37,472 nt of DNA from Candidatus Krumholzibacteriia bacterium (GTDB lineage Bacteria > Krumholzibacteriota > Krumholzibacteriia > WVZY01). Shown in pieces: positions 26,120 to 34,545 of this stretch (position 1 is the first letter of the stretch; every line of letters starts with the position of its first letter). A program made the translations under genes and the position numbers. The DNA is taken from positions 1 to 37,472 of the forward strand of contig JAZGDW010000068.1 in the NCBI GenBank assembly GCA_036478295.1. Direction: 5' to 3'. Below the pieces are notes generated by a model that saw only the letters and a list, made by a program, of their open reading frames with translations, had not been told where the DNA came from and made no database searches.

Positions 26120-27019
26120 ATGAAGAATAAGCTCGATACGGCGATTGAGCAGTTCCTGGACTACCTGGTAAGCGAGCGCGGCCTCATGGCGAAGACCGTC
26201 GAAGCCTACCAGAGAGACCTGCGGGCCTATGTTTCGACGGTGAAAGAAGTCCAGGGCGGCCGGCGTGCAACGCTGCCCGCGGAGGGGCTGGAGCTCCACC
26301 TCGCCCGGCTGGTCCGGCGTGGTCTTGGCGGCTCCTCGAGGGCACGAGCACTCTCTGCCATACGACACTTTCACCGCTTCCTGCTGCGGGAGGGGATCGT
26401 GGGACAGGTGGAAATGGGTGAGGTCGTAAGCCCGCGAAAGACGCGGCGCGTGCCCGGCGTGCTGACGATCCAGCAAATGGAGCGTCTGCTCAACACTCCT
26501 GATAATAGTTACTTAGGTATAAGAGATAGAGCAATGCTCGAACTGGCGTACGCCGCGGGGCTCCGCGCATCCGAGTTGTGCAACTTGACCTTCGACGAAG
26601 TCCGGGACCGCGAGCGAATACTGGTCGTACGGGGAAAGGGCGGCAAGCAGCGGGTCATTCCCTACGGAGAACCGGCCGCCCGGGCCCTGCGGGGCTACCT
26701 GTCGGCGAGCCGGCCCTTTCTCTGCCGGGGTGCGGTATGCGCGCAGGTCTTCCTGAACCACCGTGGGGGCAGGATCTCCCGGGTCGGGTTTTTCAAGCGA
26801 CTCACCGGCCACGCGCGGGCGGCGGGCATCCAGCGCAAGGTAAGCCCCCACGTCCTCCGGCACACGTTTGCCACCCACCTGCTCGAAGGTGGCGCCGACC
26901 TCCGGTACGTGCAGGAGTTGCTCGGCCATTCCGACATCTCCACGACCCAAATATATACGACGGTCGATACCCGGCACTTGATCGAGGTGCACCGCGCATT
27001 TCACCCGCGTGCCGGTTAG
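26120..27019 (+). CDS. xerD: Tyrosine recombinase XerD
   Basis: RDRAMLELAYAAGLRASEL, GKGGKQR, SPHVLRHTFATHLLEGGADLR and QELLGHSDISTTQIYT. The ...EVHRAFHPRA C-terminus is typical of XerD. Confidence 0.9.
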   Translation: MKNKLDTAIEQFLDYLVSERGLMAKTVEAYQRDLRAYVSTVKEVQGGRRATLPAEGLELHLARLVRRGLGGSSRARALSAIRHFHRFLLREGIVGQVEMGEVVSPRKTRRVPGVLTIQQMERLLNTPDNSYLGIRDRAMLELAYAAGLRASELCNLTFDEVRDRERILVVRGKGGKQRVIPYGEPAARALRGYLSASRPFLCRGAVCAQVFLNHRGGRISRVGFFKRLTGHARAAGIQRKVSPHVLRHTFATHLLEGGADLRYVQELLGHSDISTTQIYTTVDTRHLIEVHRAFHPRAG

Positions 27020-27040
27020 TCGCCACACGCCCAACAGTTC

Positions 27041-27070
27041 TTGACACAGATCGAGAACTCCGCATACTAT
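27041..27070 (+). promoter_or_regulatory. Putative sigma70 promoter of the scpA operon
   Basis: TTGACA-N18-TACTAT, or N16-CATACT. Confidence 0.6.
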
Positions 27071-27104
27071 CGCGCTGAAATGGCCGGCACACTGGAGTTA
27101 TCTC

Positions 27105-27878
27105 GTGGACCACGCGGAAGAACCAAAATATAAGGCAGAGCTCGAAGGGATAAAGGCTCCGCTCGAGGTAATCCTCTACCTGATCAAACGCGACAACCTG
27201 GACGTCTACGACATCCCGATCGCAAAGGTCACCCGCGACTATCTCGAGTACCTCGACGTCATGGAGCGCCTTCACATCGACCTGGCCGGGGAGTTCTTTG
27301 TGCTGGCGGCCACCCTTATGCGGCTCAAAGCGCAGATGTTGCTGCGCCGGGACGACGAGGAGGAAGACCCGCGCGAAGATCTGGTCCGTAACCTCTTGGA
27401 ATACAAAAAGATGGTCGAAGCGGCCCGGAGCTTCAAAGACATGGAGGAAGAGCGCTCGCGGATGTTCATCCGCCCCGTGCCCCAGCGGGAGAAGGAATAC
27501 CGGGGTGAGGCGGTGCTGGATCTGAACCTGTTCGAGCTGATGAAGGTATTTCGCCAGATCGTGGCGGAGATCGACGCCGACGATGACGCGGAGATCACGC
27601 CCGAAGAATTCACCATCGAAGAGAAAATCGATGTTATCGAAGCCATGCTGAAGAAACAGGATCAAGTTCGTTTCCGGGAGTTGTTCGAGACTTCCTCGAG
27701 CCGGCTCGAGATCGTGGTGACCTTCATCGCCGTGTTGGAACTGTTGAAGCGCCTGGCAATCAAGGCAAGACAGGAGGGCGCGTTCGGTGAGATATGGATC
27801 TACCGAGCGCAACAGCCTGCCGAGACGGGCGCTGCAGATACGCCCGCGACAACCGAGCGCGATTCCGCGGGCACGTGA
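27105..27878 (+). CDS. scpA: Segregation/condensation protein A (SMC kleisin)
   Basis: PLEVILYLIKR...DIPIAKVTRDYL, AGEFFVLAATLMRLKAQMLL, DPREDLVRNLLEYK and IVVTFIAVLELLK...QEGAFGEI. Confidence 0.93.
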   Translation: MDHAEEPKYKAELEGIKAPLEVILYLIKRDNLDVYDIPIAKVTRDYLEYLDVMERLHIDLAGEFFVLAATLMRLKAQMLLRRDDEEEDPREDLVRNLLEYKKMVEAARSFKDMEEERSRMFIRPVPQREKEYRGEAVLDLNLFELMKVFRQIVAEIDADDDAEITPEEFTIEEKIDVIEAMLKKQDQVRFRELFETSSSRLEIVVTFIAVLELLKRLAIKARQEGAFGEIWIYRAQQPAETGAADTPATTERDSAGT

Positions 27879-27906
27879 GCGAAACCAGACCCACACCGGG
27901 AAGACC

Positions 27907-28650
27907 ATGGAGCCATCACAACTAGACAACGTTGTTCTCTCGCTGCTGTTCGCTTCCGATGAGCCGCTGTCGACAAAACGACTGTCCGCCATCGTGAAGG
28001 ACGTGGAGCCGGGGGACCTGAAGGCGTCGGTGGCGAGGGTCGAAAAGCGCCTTGCCGACGAGTTCCCGAGTATTGTCCTCGAACGGGTCGCCGGCGGATT
28101 GCAGCTGGCGACGAATCCGGAATACGCGGAATACGTGTCGCAGCTCTATGCGGGAAAGCGCAAGCAGAGGCTGACCCGAGCGGGTATGGAGACGATCGCC
28201 ATCATCGCCTACAAGCAGCCGATCACACGCGCCGACGTCGAGAACATCCGTGGCGTGAGCTGTGGGGGCGTGCTGACAACCCTCATGGAACGAGGGCTCA
28301 TCCGCATCGCCGGCAAGGCCAAGGTGCTGGGTGCGCCGTTCCTCTACGGAACGACGCCGGAGTTTCTCGAGTATCTCGGTCTCGACCGCTTGAAGGATCT
28401 TCCTTCCGTTGAGGAACTCGAGGCGATGCTGGAGCAAGAGGAAAGTGCCCAGGCGGAGCGAGACGAGGGCGGGGGAGCGGAGCAAGGCTCGGAAGCGCCG
28501 AACGCCGCGAGCCTGGGGACCTCCGGACTGACCGAGGACGAGGCCACTGCGCATGCGCCTCCCGGTGAGGAAAGTGTTGCGAGGCCTGTGGCGGATCACT
28601 CGCCCGGCGGCAACGGTGACCCGGTGCCGCAGAGCGACACTCCAGATTGA
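27907..28650 (+). CDS. scpB: Segregation/condensation protein B
   Basis: LLFASDEPLS, VAGGLQLAT, ETIAIIAYKQPITRADVENIRGV and PFLYGTTPEFLEYLGL, followed by an acidic disordered tail. Confidence 0.95.
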   Translation: MEPSQLDNVVLSLLFASDEPLSTKRLSAIVKDVEPGDLKASVARVEKRLADEFPSIVLERVAGGLQLATNPEYAEYVSQLYAGKRKQRLTRAGMETIAIIAYKQPITRADVENIRGVSCGGVLTTLMERGLIRIAGKAKVLGAPFLYGTTPEFLEYLGLDRLKDLPSVEELEAMLEQEESAQAERDEGGGAEQGSEAPNAASLGTSGLTEDEATAHAPPGEESVARPVADHSPGGNGDPVPQSDTPD

Positions 28651-28660
28651 GCCCGGTCCC

Positions 28661-29437
28661 ATGGGTAAGGCGAACGACAAGGACCCGATTCGACTGAACC
28701 GTTTTCTTGCCATGCTCGGTGCGGGGGCGCGAAGAACCTGTGACGAGATGATAACGGCGGGAAGGGTTGCGGTCGACGGTCGACGGGTGACGGATCCAGC
28801 GACGCGGGTCGTGCCCGGCGTCCACCGCGTCAGCCTGGACAACAAGGCGCTGTCGCCCCCCGGGCGCCCGCTGGTTCTGGTCATGAACAAGCCCACCGGG
28901 TTCGTCTCCACGGTGACCGATCCCCAAGGTCGCCCGACTATTCTCGAACTCTGCAAGAAATATACGCGCCGGCGCCGGCTGTTTCCGGTCGGCCGCCTCG
29001 ACATCAACACCACCGGCCTAATTCTTTTGACCAACGACGGAATGCTGTGCTACCGTTTGACACATCCACGGTACCAGATTCCCCGAACGTACCACGCCCG
29101 CGTGAGAGGAACCATCAGTGACAGAAAGCTCGTCGAGATGTGCAGACTCGCCTCGCCGGGTCGCCGTTCGCGCAAGGAGGACAGGGACGCCGTTGGGCTC
29201 GTCCGGCAAATGGGACGTGAATCGATTCTTGAGATAACGCTTCGCGAAGGCAGAAACCGTCAGGTGCACCGAATGTGTGAATCAGTCGGGCTGAAAGTGG
29301 TGAAGTTGCGGCGCATACGCTTTGGGCCGCTGTCGATCCGTAACCTCCCACTGGGGGCGGTTCGCCCGCTGGAACGACGGGAGCTCGAACGCCTCGAGAG
29401 GGTGCTGCAGCAGGGACGTGATGAACGTGGATCTTGA
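28661..29437 (+). CDS. rluB: 23S rRNA pseudouridine synthase (RluB/RsuA family)
   Basis: S4 domain RLNRFLAMLG, then NKPTGFVST, VGRLDINTTGLILLTNDG and EGRNRQV. Directly follows scpB. Confidence 0.88.
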   Translation: MGKANDKDPIRLNRFLAMLGAGARRTCDEMITAGRVAVDGRRVTDPATRVVPGVHRVSLDNKALSPPGRPLVLVMNKPTGFVSTVTDPQGRPTILELCKKYTRRRRLFPVGRLDINTTGLILLTNDGMLCYRLTHPRYQIPRTYHARVRGTISDRKLVEMCRLASPGRRSRKEDRDAVGLVRQMGRESILEITLREGRNRQVHRMCESVGLKVVKLRRIRFGPLSIRNLPLGAVRPLERRELERLERVLQQGRDERGS

Positions 29438-30536
29438 CAAGCTCGCCAAACCATTCATTCGCCGCATCAGACCTTACACACCGGGCAAACCGATCGAGCA
29501 GGCCAAGCGCGAGCGGGGTTCGGAACGGCCCATCATCAAGCTGGCCTCGAACGAGAATCCATACCCCCCGCTGGCAAAGATCAAACAGGCGGTCATGAAG
29601 GAGATGGAATCCGCCAATCGTTATCCGGAGTCCGGGGCTCCAGTGCTCACTCGCAAGCTGGCGGACATGCACCGCGTGGGGATGGACGAGGTGTTTGTCG
29701 CCAACGGCACCAACGAAATACTCGATCTGCTCATTCGGGCGTATGTCGAACCGGACCAGAACTGCGTGTTTTCCCAGTTGAGCTTTCTCATCTACGATGT
29801 TGTCTGCCAGCAGTGCGGCGTGGGCCGGGTGGAAGTGCCGTGCCGGGACTACACGCACGATCTGCCGGCGATGGCAAAGGCGATCAATGACAAGACGCGG
29901 ATCGTCTGGATCTGCAACCCGAACAATCCCACGGCCACGTATAACAATCGGGAACAGGTGGAGGACTTTCTGGAGTCGGTGCCGGATCACACCCTGGTCG
30001 TTCTGGATGAAGCTTACGAGGAATTCGTGCACGCAACGGATTATCCGGACAGTCTCGAGCTGCGCAAGAGGCACGAGAACCTGGTGATTTTGAGGACGTT
30101 TTCAAAATTCTATTCGCTCGCCGGCATGCGTGTCGGGTACGCCGTGGCCGACCGACGTGTGGCAGGCATCCTGCACAAAATGAGACAACCCTTCAACGTC
30201 AACCGGCTGGCGCAGGCGGCGGCGGTGGCGGCGATCGATTGCCGGGACGAACTCCGTCCGGTCATCGACGAGATTATTCGAGAGCGTGAGGCGGTAAGAG
30301 AAGCAATCCTCGCCCTGGGGTGCACGTGCCCGCCGTCGCAGACAAACTTCTTGTTCGTGATACCGGAGGATTTCGCCGGCGATGTCTGCGGGCGCCTCGA
30401 GGAACAGGGCATCATCATTCGACCCATGGCTCCGTTCGGAGGGCCGGACAATTCATTCCGCGTGAACATGGGCACACCCGAGGAAAACAAACGGTTTTTG
30501 AGCGCGTTCAGGGCGCTGGTCTCCCAAACCCGGTAA
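29421..30536 (+). CDS. hisC: Histidinol-phosphate/aromatic aminotransferase (PLP-dependent)
   Basis: KLASNENP, NRYP, CNPNNPT, DEAYEEF and RTFSKFYSLAGMRVGY. Confidence 0.9.
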   Translation: MNVDLDKLAKPFIRRIRPYTPGKPIEQAKRERGSERPIIKLASNENPYPPLAKIKQAVMKEMESANRYPESGAPVLTRKLADMHRVGMDEVFVANGTNEILDLLIRAYVEPDQNCVFSQLSFLIYDVVCQQCGVGRVEVPCRDYTHDLPAMAKAINDKTRIVWICNPNNPTATYNNREQVEDFLESVPDHTLVVLDEAYEEFVHATDYPDSLELRKRHENLVILRTFSKFYSLAGMRVGYAVADRRVAGILHKMRQPFNVNRLAQAAAVAAIDCRDELRPVIDEIIREREAVREAILALGCTCPPSQTNFLFVIPEDFAGDVCGRLEEQGIIIRPMAPFGGPDNSFRVNMGTPEENKRFLSAFRALVSQTR

Positions 30537-30567
30537 CGAAGAGCGCCAAGGCGTGTGGGCAGCCGAT

Positions 30568-31950
30568 ATGAGTCTCCCCAGGACCGAAAAAGACGTTCTG
30601 CGCGAAATCGTTATTACTCTCGACGGCCCGTCCGCCTCCGGCAAGACGACCACGGCGAGGGAGGTGGCCCGTGCACTTGGTCTGCGCCACGTGGATACCG
30701 GCGCCATGTACCGCGCGATAACCCTGAAGGCGTTGCGGGCCGGCGCCGACCCCAGCGACGCCGCGGCCGTCGGGCGGTTGGCGGATGCGGTCGATATCGA
30801 GTTTGCCGACAGCGCCGCAGGCCGGGCACTGCTCATGGACGGCGAAGACGTCACCTCGGACATACGCGCCCCGGAGATCACACGGCAGGTGTCGTTGGTG
30901 AGCGCCCATGCTGAAGTGCGGCAGTCCATGGTCAGGCGGCAGCGTGCCCTGTCCGGTAACGGAGGCGTGGTCCTCGAAGGAAGGGATATCGGGAGCGTGG
31001 TGCTGCCCAGCGCTCACGTGAAAGTCTACCTGGATGCGTCGCTCGAAGTGCGGGCCGCACGCCGCCTCGAAGAACTCGAGGCGCGCGGGATCGCAAGCGA
31101 GCTGGCCGCGGTCCGCGAAGAGTTGAAAAAGCGTGACCACCGCGACAGCACGCGGTCCGTCAGCCCGCTCAAGGTGCCGGTCGGAGCCCGCATCATCGAC
31201 ACGTCCGACCTGACGATCGAGCAGCAGGTTCAGTCGGTGGTCGAGACGGCACGGGAAGTGGCCGGCCGTATTCTCGCGCTCGTGGACCAGCCTCAGCGGC
31301 TGCGCGCGCTGCGGAGGCGAAATCTGCCGCTCCGCGCCGGCCAGGGGTTCTTTTTCCTCATTGCCAAGGTCTTCTGGGGTCTGCGCGTGATTCGCAAGGA
31401 CCGTCATGACTACGCGGAGAATTACATCTACGCGTGCAACCACCAGTCCAACGCGGATCCCCCGCTGGTGGGCTCGACCATTCGGCGCAACCTGTTTTTT
31501 GTGGCCAAGAAGGCGCTCTTCAAAGTAAAGCCCGTCGGATGGCTGCTCTCCGCTGTCAACGCCGTTCCGATCCGCCGCCACACCTTCGACCGGGCGGCGA
31601 TGGACACCTACCTGGAACTGCTGGCGGAGGGACAATCGATCATCATCTTTCCGGAAGGCGGTCGCTCCAGAGCCGCCACGCTTCGACCGGCCAAGCCGGG
31701 GACGGGTTACCTCGCGCTCAAGTCGGGAGTTTCCGTCTACCCCCTCTATGTGGACGGTACCATGAGCCTCAAGAAGTCCCTGTTTCGCCGGCCACGGCTA
31801 ACCGTGATCCACGGGCGGCCTATGCGGCTGACCGAGAAGGATCTGTCGCAATACCAGGATGCCGACCACTATCGGGACTTTGGGGCCATGGTGATGAGCG
31901 CCATCCAGGCCCTGAAGGATGAGCACCACCAACCACCGAGCGAGGCCTGA
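30568..31950 (+). CDS. cmk: Fused cytidylate kinase / 1-acyl-sn-glycerol-3-phosphate acyltransferase (Cmk-PlsC)
   Basis: N half has LDGPSASGKTT, DTGAMYRA, EGRDIGSVV and RDHRDSTR. C half has NHQSNAD (HX4D), FVAKKALF and IFPEGGRS. One uninterrupted frame. Confidence 0.92.
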   Translation: MSLPRTEKDVLREIVITLDGPSASGKTTTAREVARALGLRHVDTGAMYRAITLKALRAGADPSDAAAVGRLADAVDIEFADSAAGRALLMDGEDVTSDIRAPEITRQVSLVSAHAEVRQSMVRRQRALSGNGGVVLEGRDIGSVVLPSAHVKVYLDASLEVRAARRLEELEARGIASELAAVREELKKRDHRDSTRSVSPLKVPVGARIIDTSDLTIEQQVQSVVETAREVAGRILALVDQPQRLRALRRRNLPLRAGQGFFFLIAKVFWGLRVIRKDRHDYAENYIYACNHQSNADPPLVGSTIRRNLFFVAKKALFKVKPVGWLLSAVNAVPIRRHTFDRAAMDTYLELLAEGQSIIIFPEGGRSRAATLRPAKPGTGYLALKSGVSVYPLYVDGTMSLKKSLFRRPRLTVIHGRPMRLTEKDLSQYQDADHYRDFGAMVMSAIQALKDEHHQPPSEA

Positions 31951-31972
31951 GCGGGATTGGCCCGACAGGTGA

Positions 31973-32046
31973 GGGGATTGAGCTGCAGCCCAGCGGGCTG
32001 TCAGCTCCAATCCCCGGAAGCTAGCCGGCCCTTGGGTCCGGCTAGC
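31973..32046. repeat. Two adjacent GC-rich inverted repeats (hairpins) between cmk-plsC and the rpsA promoter
   Basis: GGGGATTG-AGCTG-CAGCCC-agc-GGGCTG-t-CAGCT-c-CAATCCCC (31973-32015) and GCTAGCCGG-CCC-tt-GGG-t-CCGGCTAGC (32020-32046). Confidence 0.8.
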
Positions 32047-32058
32047 AAGCGTTTCTGC

Positions 32059-32087
32059 TTGCATTTATGCCCCCGGAATCTTATTAT
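32059..32087 (+). promoter_or_regulatory. Putative sigma70 promoter of rpsA
   Basis: TTGCAT-N17-TATTAT, followed by an AU-rich leader and SD AGGGGG. Confidence 0.6.
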
Positions 32088-32135
32088 TCTCGGGTCAATT
32101 TTTTTGACAAATCCATATAAAGGGGGAATTTACAC

Positions 32136-34427
32136 ATGGTAGACGGAGAGCTCGGCGCCGCGGCGCCGGGAGAAGACACGAACCCTAACGGTGGCTCGTC
32201 GGGCAAGACCACGGGCCGCAAGAAAGCCGGTCGAGGGCCAGGGCGCTCGCCGGTATACGCTCAGCTCGAGCAGCTGGGTTGGGAGGACGCGGAGCGGGAG
32301 GCGAATCCTTTCGACGAAACGGCGATCGCCACCTTGAGCGAGGAATTCGAAAGAACGGTAAACATATTTGAAGAAGGCCAGATCGTCAAGGGCGAGGTGA
32401 CCGAGATCCGGGAGAACGAGATCATCGTCGACGTCGGTTTCAAGAGCGAGGGAACGATTCCCATCTCGGAATTCCGTGACTTCGCACAGATTAACACCGG
32501 TGACGAGATCGACGTGTACCTGGAGAAACTGGAGAACCAGGACGGCCTGGTCGTGCTCTCCAAGGAAAAAGCCGATTTCTTCAAGGTGTGGGACGAGATC
32601 AAGGTCGGATACGACGAGCTGCGGATTATGGAAGGCCGCGTATCGCGCCGCATCAAGGGCGGCCTCGTCGTCGATCTCCTTGGTGTGGACGCCTTCTTGC
32701 CGGGAAGTCAGATTGCGCTGCGCCAGGTGCCCAACCTCGATGAGCTCATCGGCCAGACGCTTCAATTCAAAATCATCAAGATCAACAAGCGACGGAGGAA
32801 CATCGTTATCTCCCGGCGCACGGTTCTCGAACAGCAGCGAGAGGCGCAAAAGAAGACGCTGCTCAGTGAACTCGAGACCGGGCAGGTCCGCGAAGGTGTC
32901 GTGAAGAATATTACCGACTTCGGGGCTTTCGTCGATCTGGGTGGTGTCGACGGCCTGCTCCACCTGACTGACCTGACATGGGGTCGCATCGGTCATCCGT
33001 CGGAGGTGGTGTCGATCGGCGACACCATCGAGGTGAAGGTGCTCGATTTCGACAAAGAACGGGAGAAGATTTCTCTCGGCCTGAAGCAACTGACACCGCA
33101 TCCGTGGGACGGGGTGGAGGACCGCTTCGTCGTCTCTGAGCGAGTGAACGGCAAGGTGGTCAGCATCACCGACTACGGTGCGTTCGTCGAGCTCGAAAAA
33201 GGGGTCGAAGGCCTGATCCACATATCGGAGATGTCCTGGACACGCCACGTGCGTCATCCGTCGAAGGTGGTCGCCATCGGTGAGATTGTCGAAGCGATGG
33301 TCCTGAAAGTCGACAAAGAACATCAGAAAATCTCGCTGGGTCTCAAGCAGATCGAACCGGATCCGTGGAGCCAGATCGAGAAGAAGTACCCTGTCGGAAC
33401 CAAGCTCGCCGGCCAGGTGCGTAACCTGACCAACTTCGGTGCATTCGTCGAGATCGAGGACGGCATCGACGGATTGCTGCACATTTCCGACATGTCTTGG
33501 GCCAAACGCGTGCGTCATCCCAGTGAAATCGTCAAGAAAGGCGATGACATCGAAGTGGTGGTCCTCGAGATCAGCCAGGACAAGAAACGGATCAGCTTGG
33601 GGATGAAACAAATGACCGAGAATCCCTGGGAAGCTCTCGCGGTGGAGTACGTTGTGGACACGGTGACCGAGGCCACCGTCACCCGCCTGCTCGAGCGCGG
33701 TGCCGTGGTGGAACTCCGGCCGGACGTGGAAGGTTTCGTGCCGGTCGGGCAGATGGCCAAACCCGATCTGGACCACCCGGAAGACTGTTTCTCAGACGGT
33801 GACCGGCTTTGGCTGAGCGTGATCAAGATCGATCCGAAGAACAAGCGCATCGTTCTCAGTATCGCCGCTTTCTTGAAGGACAAGGAGGACGATGAGATTG
33901 AGAGTTTCCACAAGCGCTTCCCGATAAAGGATCCCAAGCCGAGCGAGCTGCGCGCTGCGGCCGCCTCCACGGAAGAGGACACGGACGCGGGCGGTGAGGT
34001 GGGCGACCGCGACGTGGACGGTGCAGCCCCCGATGCACACGAGCCCGATGCCGGCGCGGCGACAGAGAGCGAGTCGCCGCCCGCCGTTGCAGAGGTGGTG
34101 GATGCGGGCTCGGAGCAGGCACTTGACGAGTCGGGTGCCACCGGCGAACCGGCAGCGGAAGCAGTGCCCGAAGCAACGCCTGAAGCAGAGTCTGAAGCAA
34201 CGCCTGAAGCAGAGTCTGAGGCAACGCCTGAAGCAGAGTCTGAGGCAGAGCCTGAAGCAAAGTCTGAGGCAGAGCCTGAAGCAGAGTCTAAGGCAAAGCC
34301 TGAAGCAGAGTCTAAGGCAGAGCCTGAGGCAGAGCCTGAGGCAGAACCGGAAGCAGTACCGGAAGCAACGACCGAGGCTGAGCCCGGTGACGCTTCGGAC
34401 GCAAGAGACGAAAAGGAAGAAGCCTAG
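32136..34427 (+). CDS. rpsA: 30S ribosomal protein S1 with an N-terminal extension and a long acidic repetitive C-terminal tail
   Basis: Six S1 domains (VDVGFKSEG, AFLPGSQI, DFGAFVDLGGVDGLLH, YGAFVELEKGVEGLIHISEMSW, NFGAFVEIEDGIDGLLHISDMSW, VEGFVP). Follows cmk. Confidence 0.98.
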   Translation: MVDGELGAAAPGEDTNPNGGSSGKTTGRKKAGRGPGRSPVYAQLEQLGWEDAEREANPFDETAIATLSEEFERTVNIFEEGQIVKGEVTEIRENEIIVDVGFKSEGTIPISEFRDFAQINTGDEIDVYLEKLENQDGLVVLSKEKADFFKVWDEIKVGYDELRIMEGRVSRRIKGGLVVDLLGVDAFLPGSQIALRQVPNLDELIGQTLQFKIIKINKRRRNIVISRRTVLEQQREAQKKTLLSELETGQVREGVVKNITDFGAFVDLGGVDGLLHLTDLTWGRIGHPSEVVSIGDTIEVKVLDFDKEREKISLGLKQLTPHPWDGVEDRFVVSERVNGKVVSITDYGAFVELEKGVEGLIHISEMSWTRHVRHPSKVVAIGEIVEAMVLKVDKEHQKISLGLKQIEPDPWSQIEKKYPVGTKLAGQVRNLTNFGAFVEIEDGIDGLLHISDMSWAKRVRHPSEIVKKGDDIEVVVLEISQDKKRISLGMKQMTENPWEALAVEYVVDTVTEATVTRLLERGAVVELRPDVEGFVPVGQMAKPDLDHPEDCFSDGDRLWLSVIKIDPKNKRIVLSIAAFLKDKEDDEIESFHKRFPIKDPKPSELRAAAASTEEDTDAGGEVGDRDVDGAAPDAHEPDAGAATESESPPAVAEVVDAGSEQALDESGATGEPAAEAVPEATPEAESEATPEAESEATPEAESEAEPEAKSEAEPEAESKAKPEAESKAEPEAEPEAEPEAVPEATTEAEPGDASDARDEKEEA
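34170..34337 (+). repeat. Coding tandem repeat: 7 x 24 bp (14 x 12 bp) in the rpsA tail
   Basis: Units such as GAAGCAACGCCTGAAGCAGAGTCT and GAGGCAGAGCCTGAAGCAGAGTCT encode EATPEAES, EAEPEAES and variants. Degenerate copies flank both sides. Confidence 0.95.
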
Positions 34428-34451
34428 CTACCTGGCGCGGCTTTTTTCTCC

Positions 34452-34503
34452 GCTGTCTCTACCGAGTTCCCGAAGCGCGGACCTCGGTGGGGACAGCTTT
34501 TTT
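34452..34503 (+). terminator. Intrinsic terminator after rpsA
   Basis: Long stem GCTGTC-TCTACCGAG.../...CTCGGTGGG-GACAGC with G-U pairs, followed by TTTTTT. Confidence 0.8.
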
Positions 34504-34545
34504 GTGAGAGGCAGCGTTTGCCGCGTGTGTTGGCCTGAATTTTGA

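Noticed and set aside
13835..27019. Two tyrosine recombinases as possible integrases of a mobile element
   Set aside because: Both are ~300-aa Xer-type proteins in standard housekeeping contexts, with no att repeats, cargo genes or compositional shift.
9490..30567. Longer N-terminal starts given by the ORF track (9490, 10156, 15205, 17371, 19457, 23923, 27787, 28553, 29322, 30553; rpsT from 26476)
   Set aside because: Most overlap upstream genes or promoters. Downstream starts fit SD position and family N-termini better.
34170..34340. Regular repeats that could be mistaken for a CRISPR array, plus the alternative-frame ORFs 33994-34545 (LKQSLRQS) and 33856-34260
   Set aside because: The units are contiguous with no unique spacers, in frame with rpsA, and no cas genes are present. 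The other frames stay open only because of the repeat.
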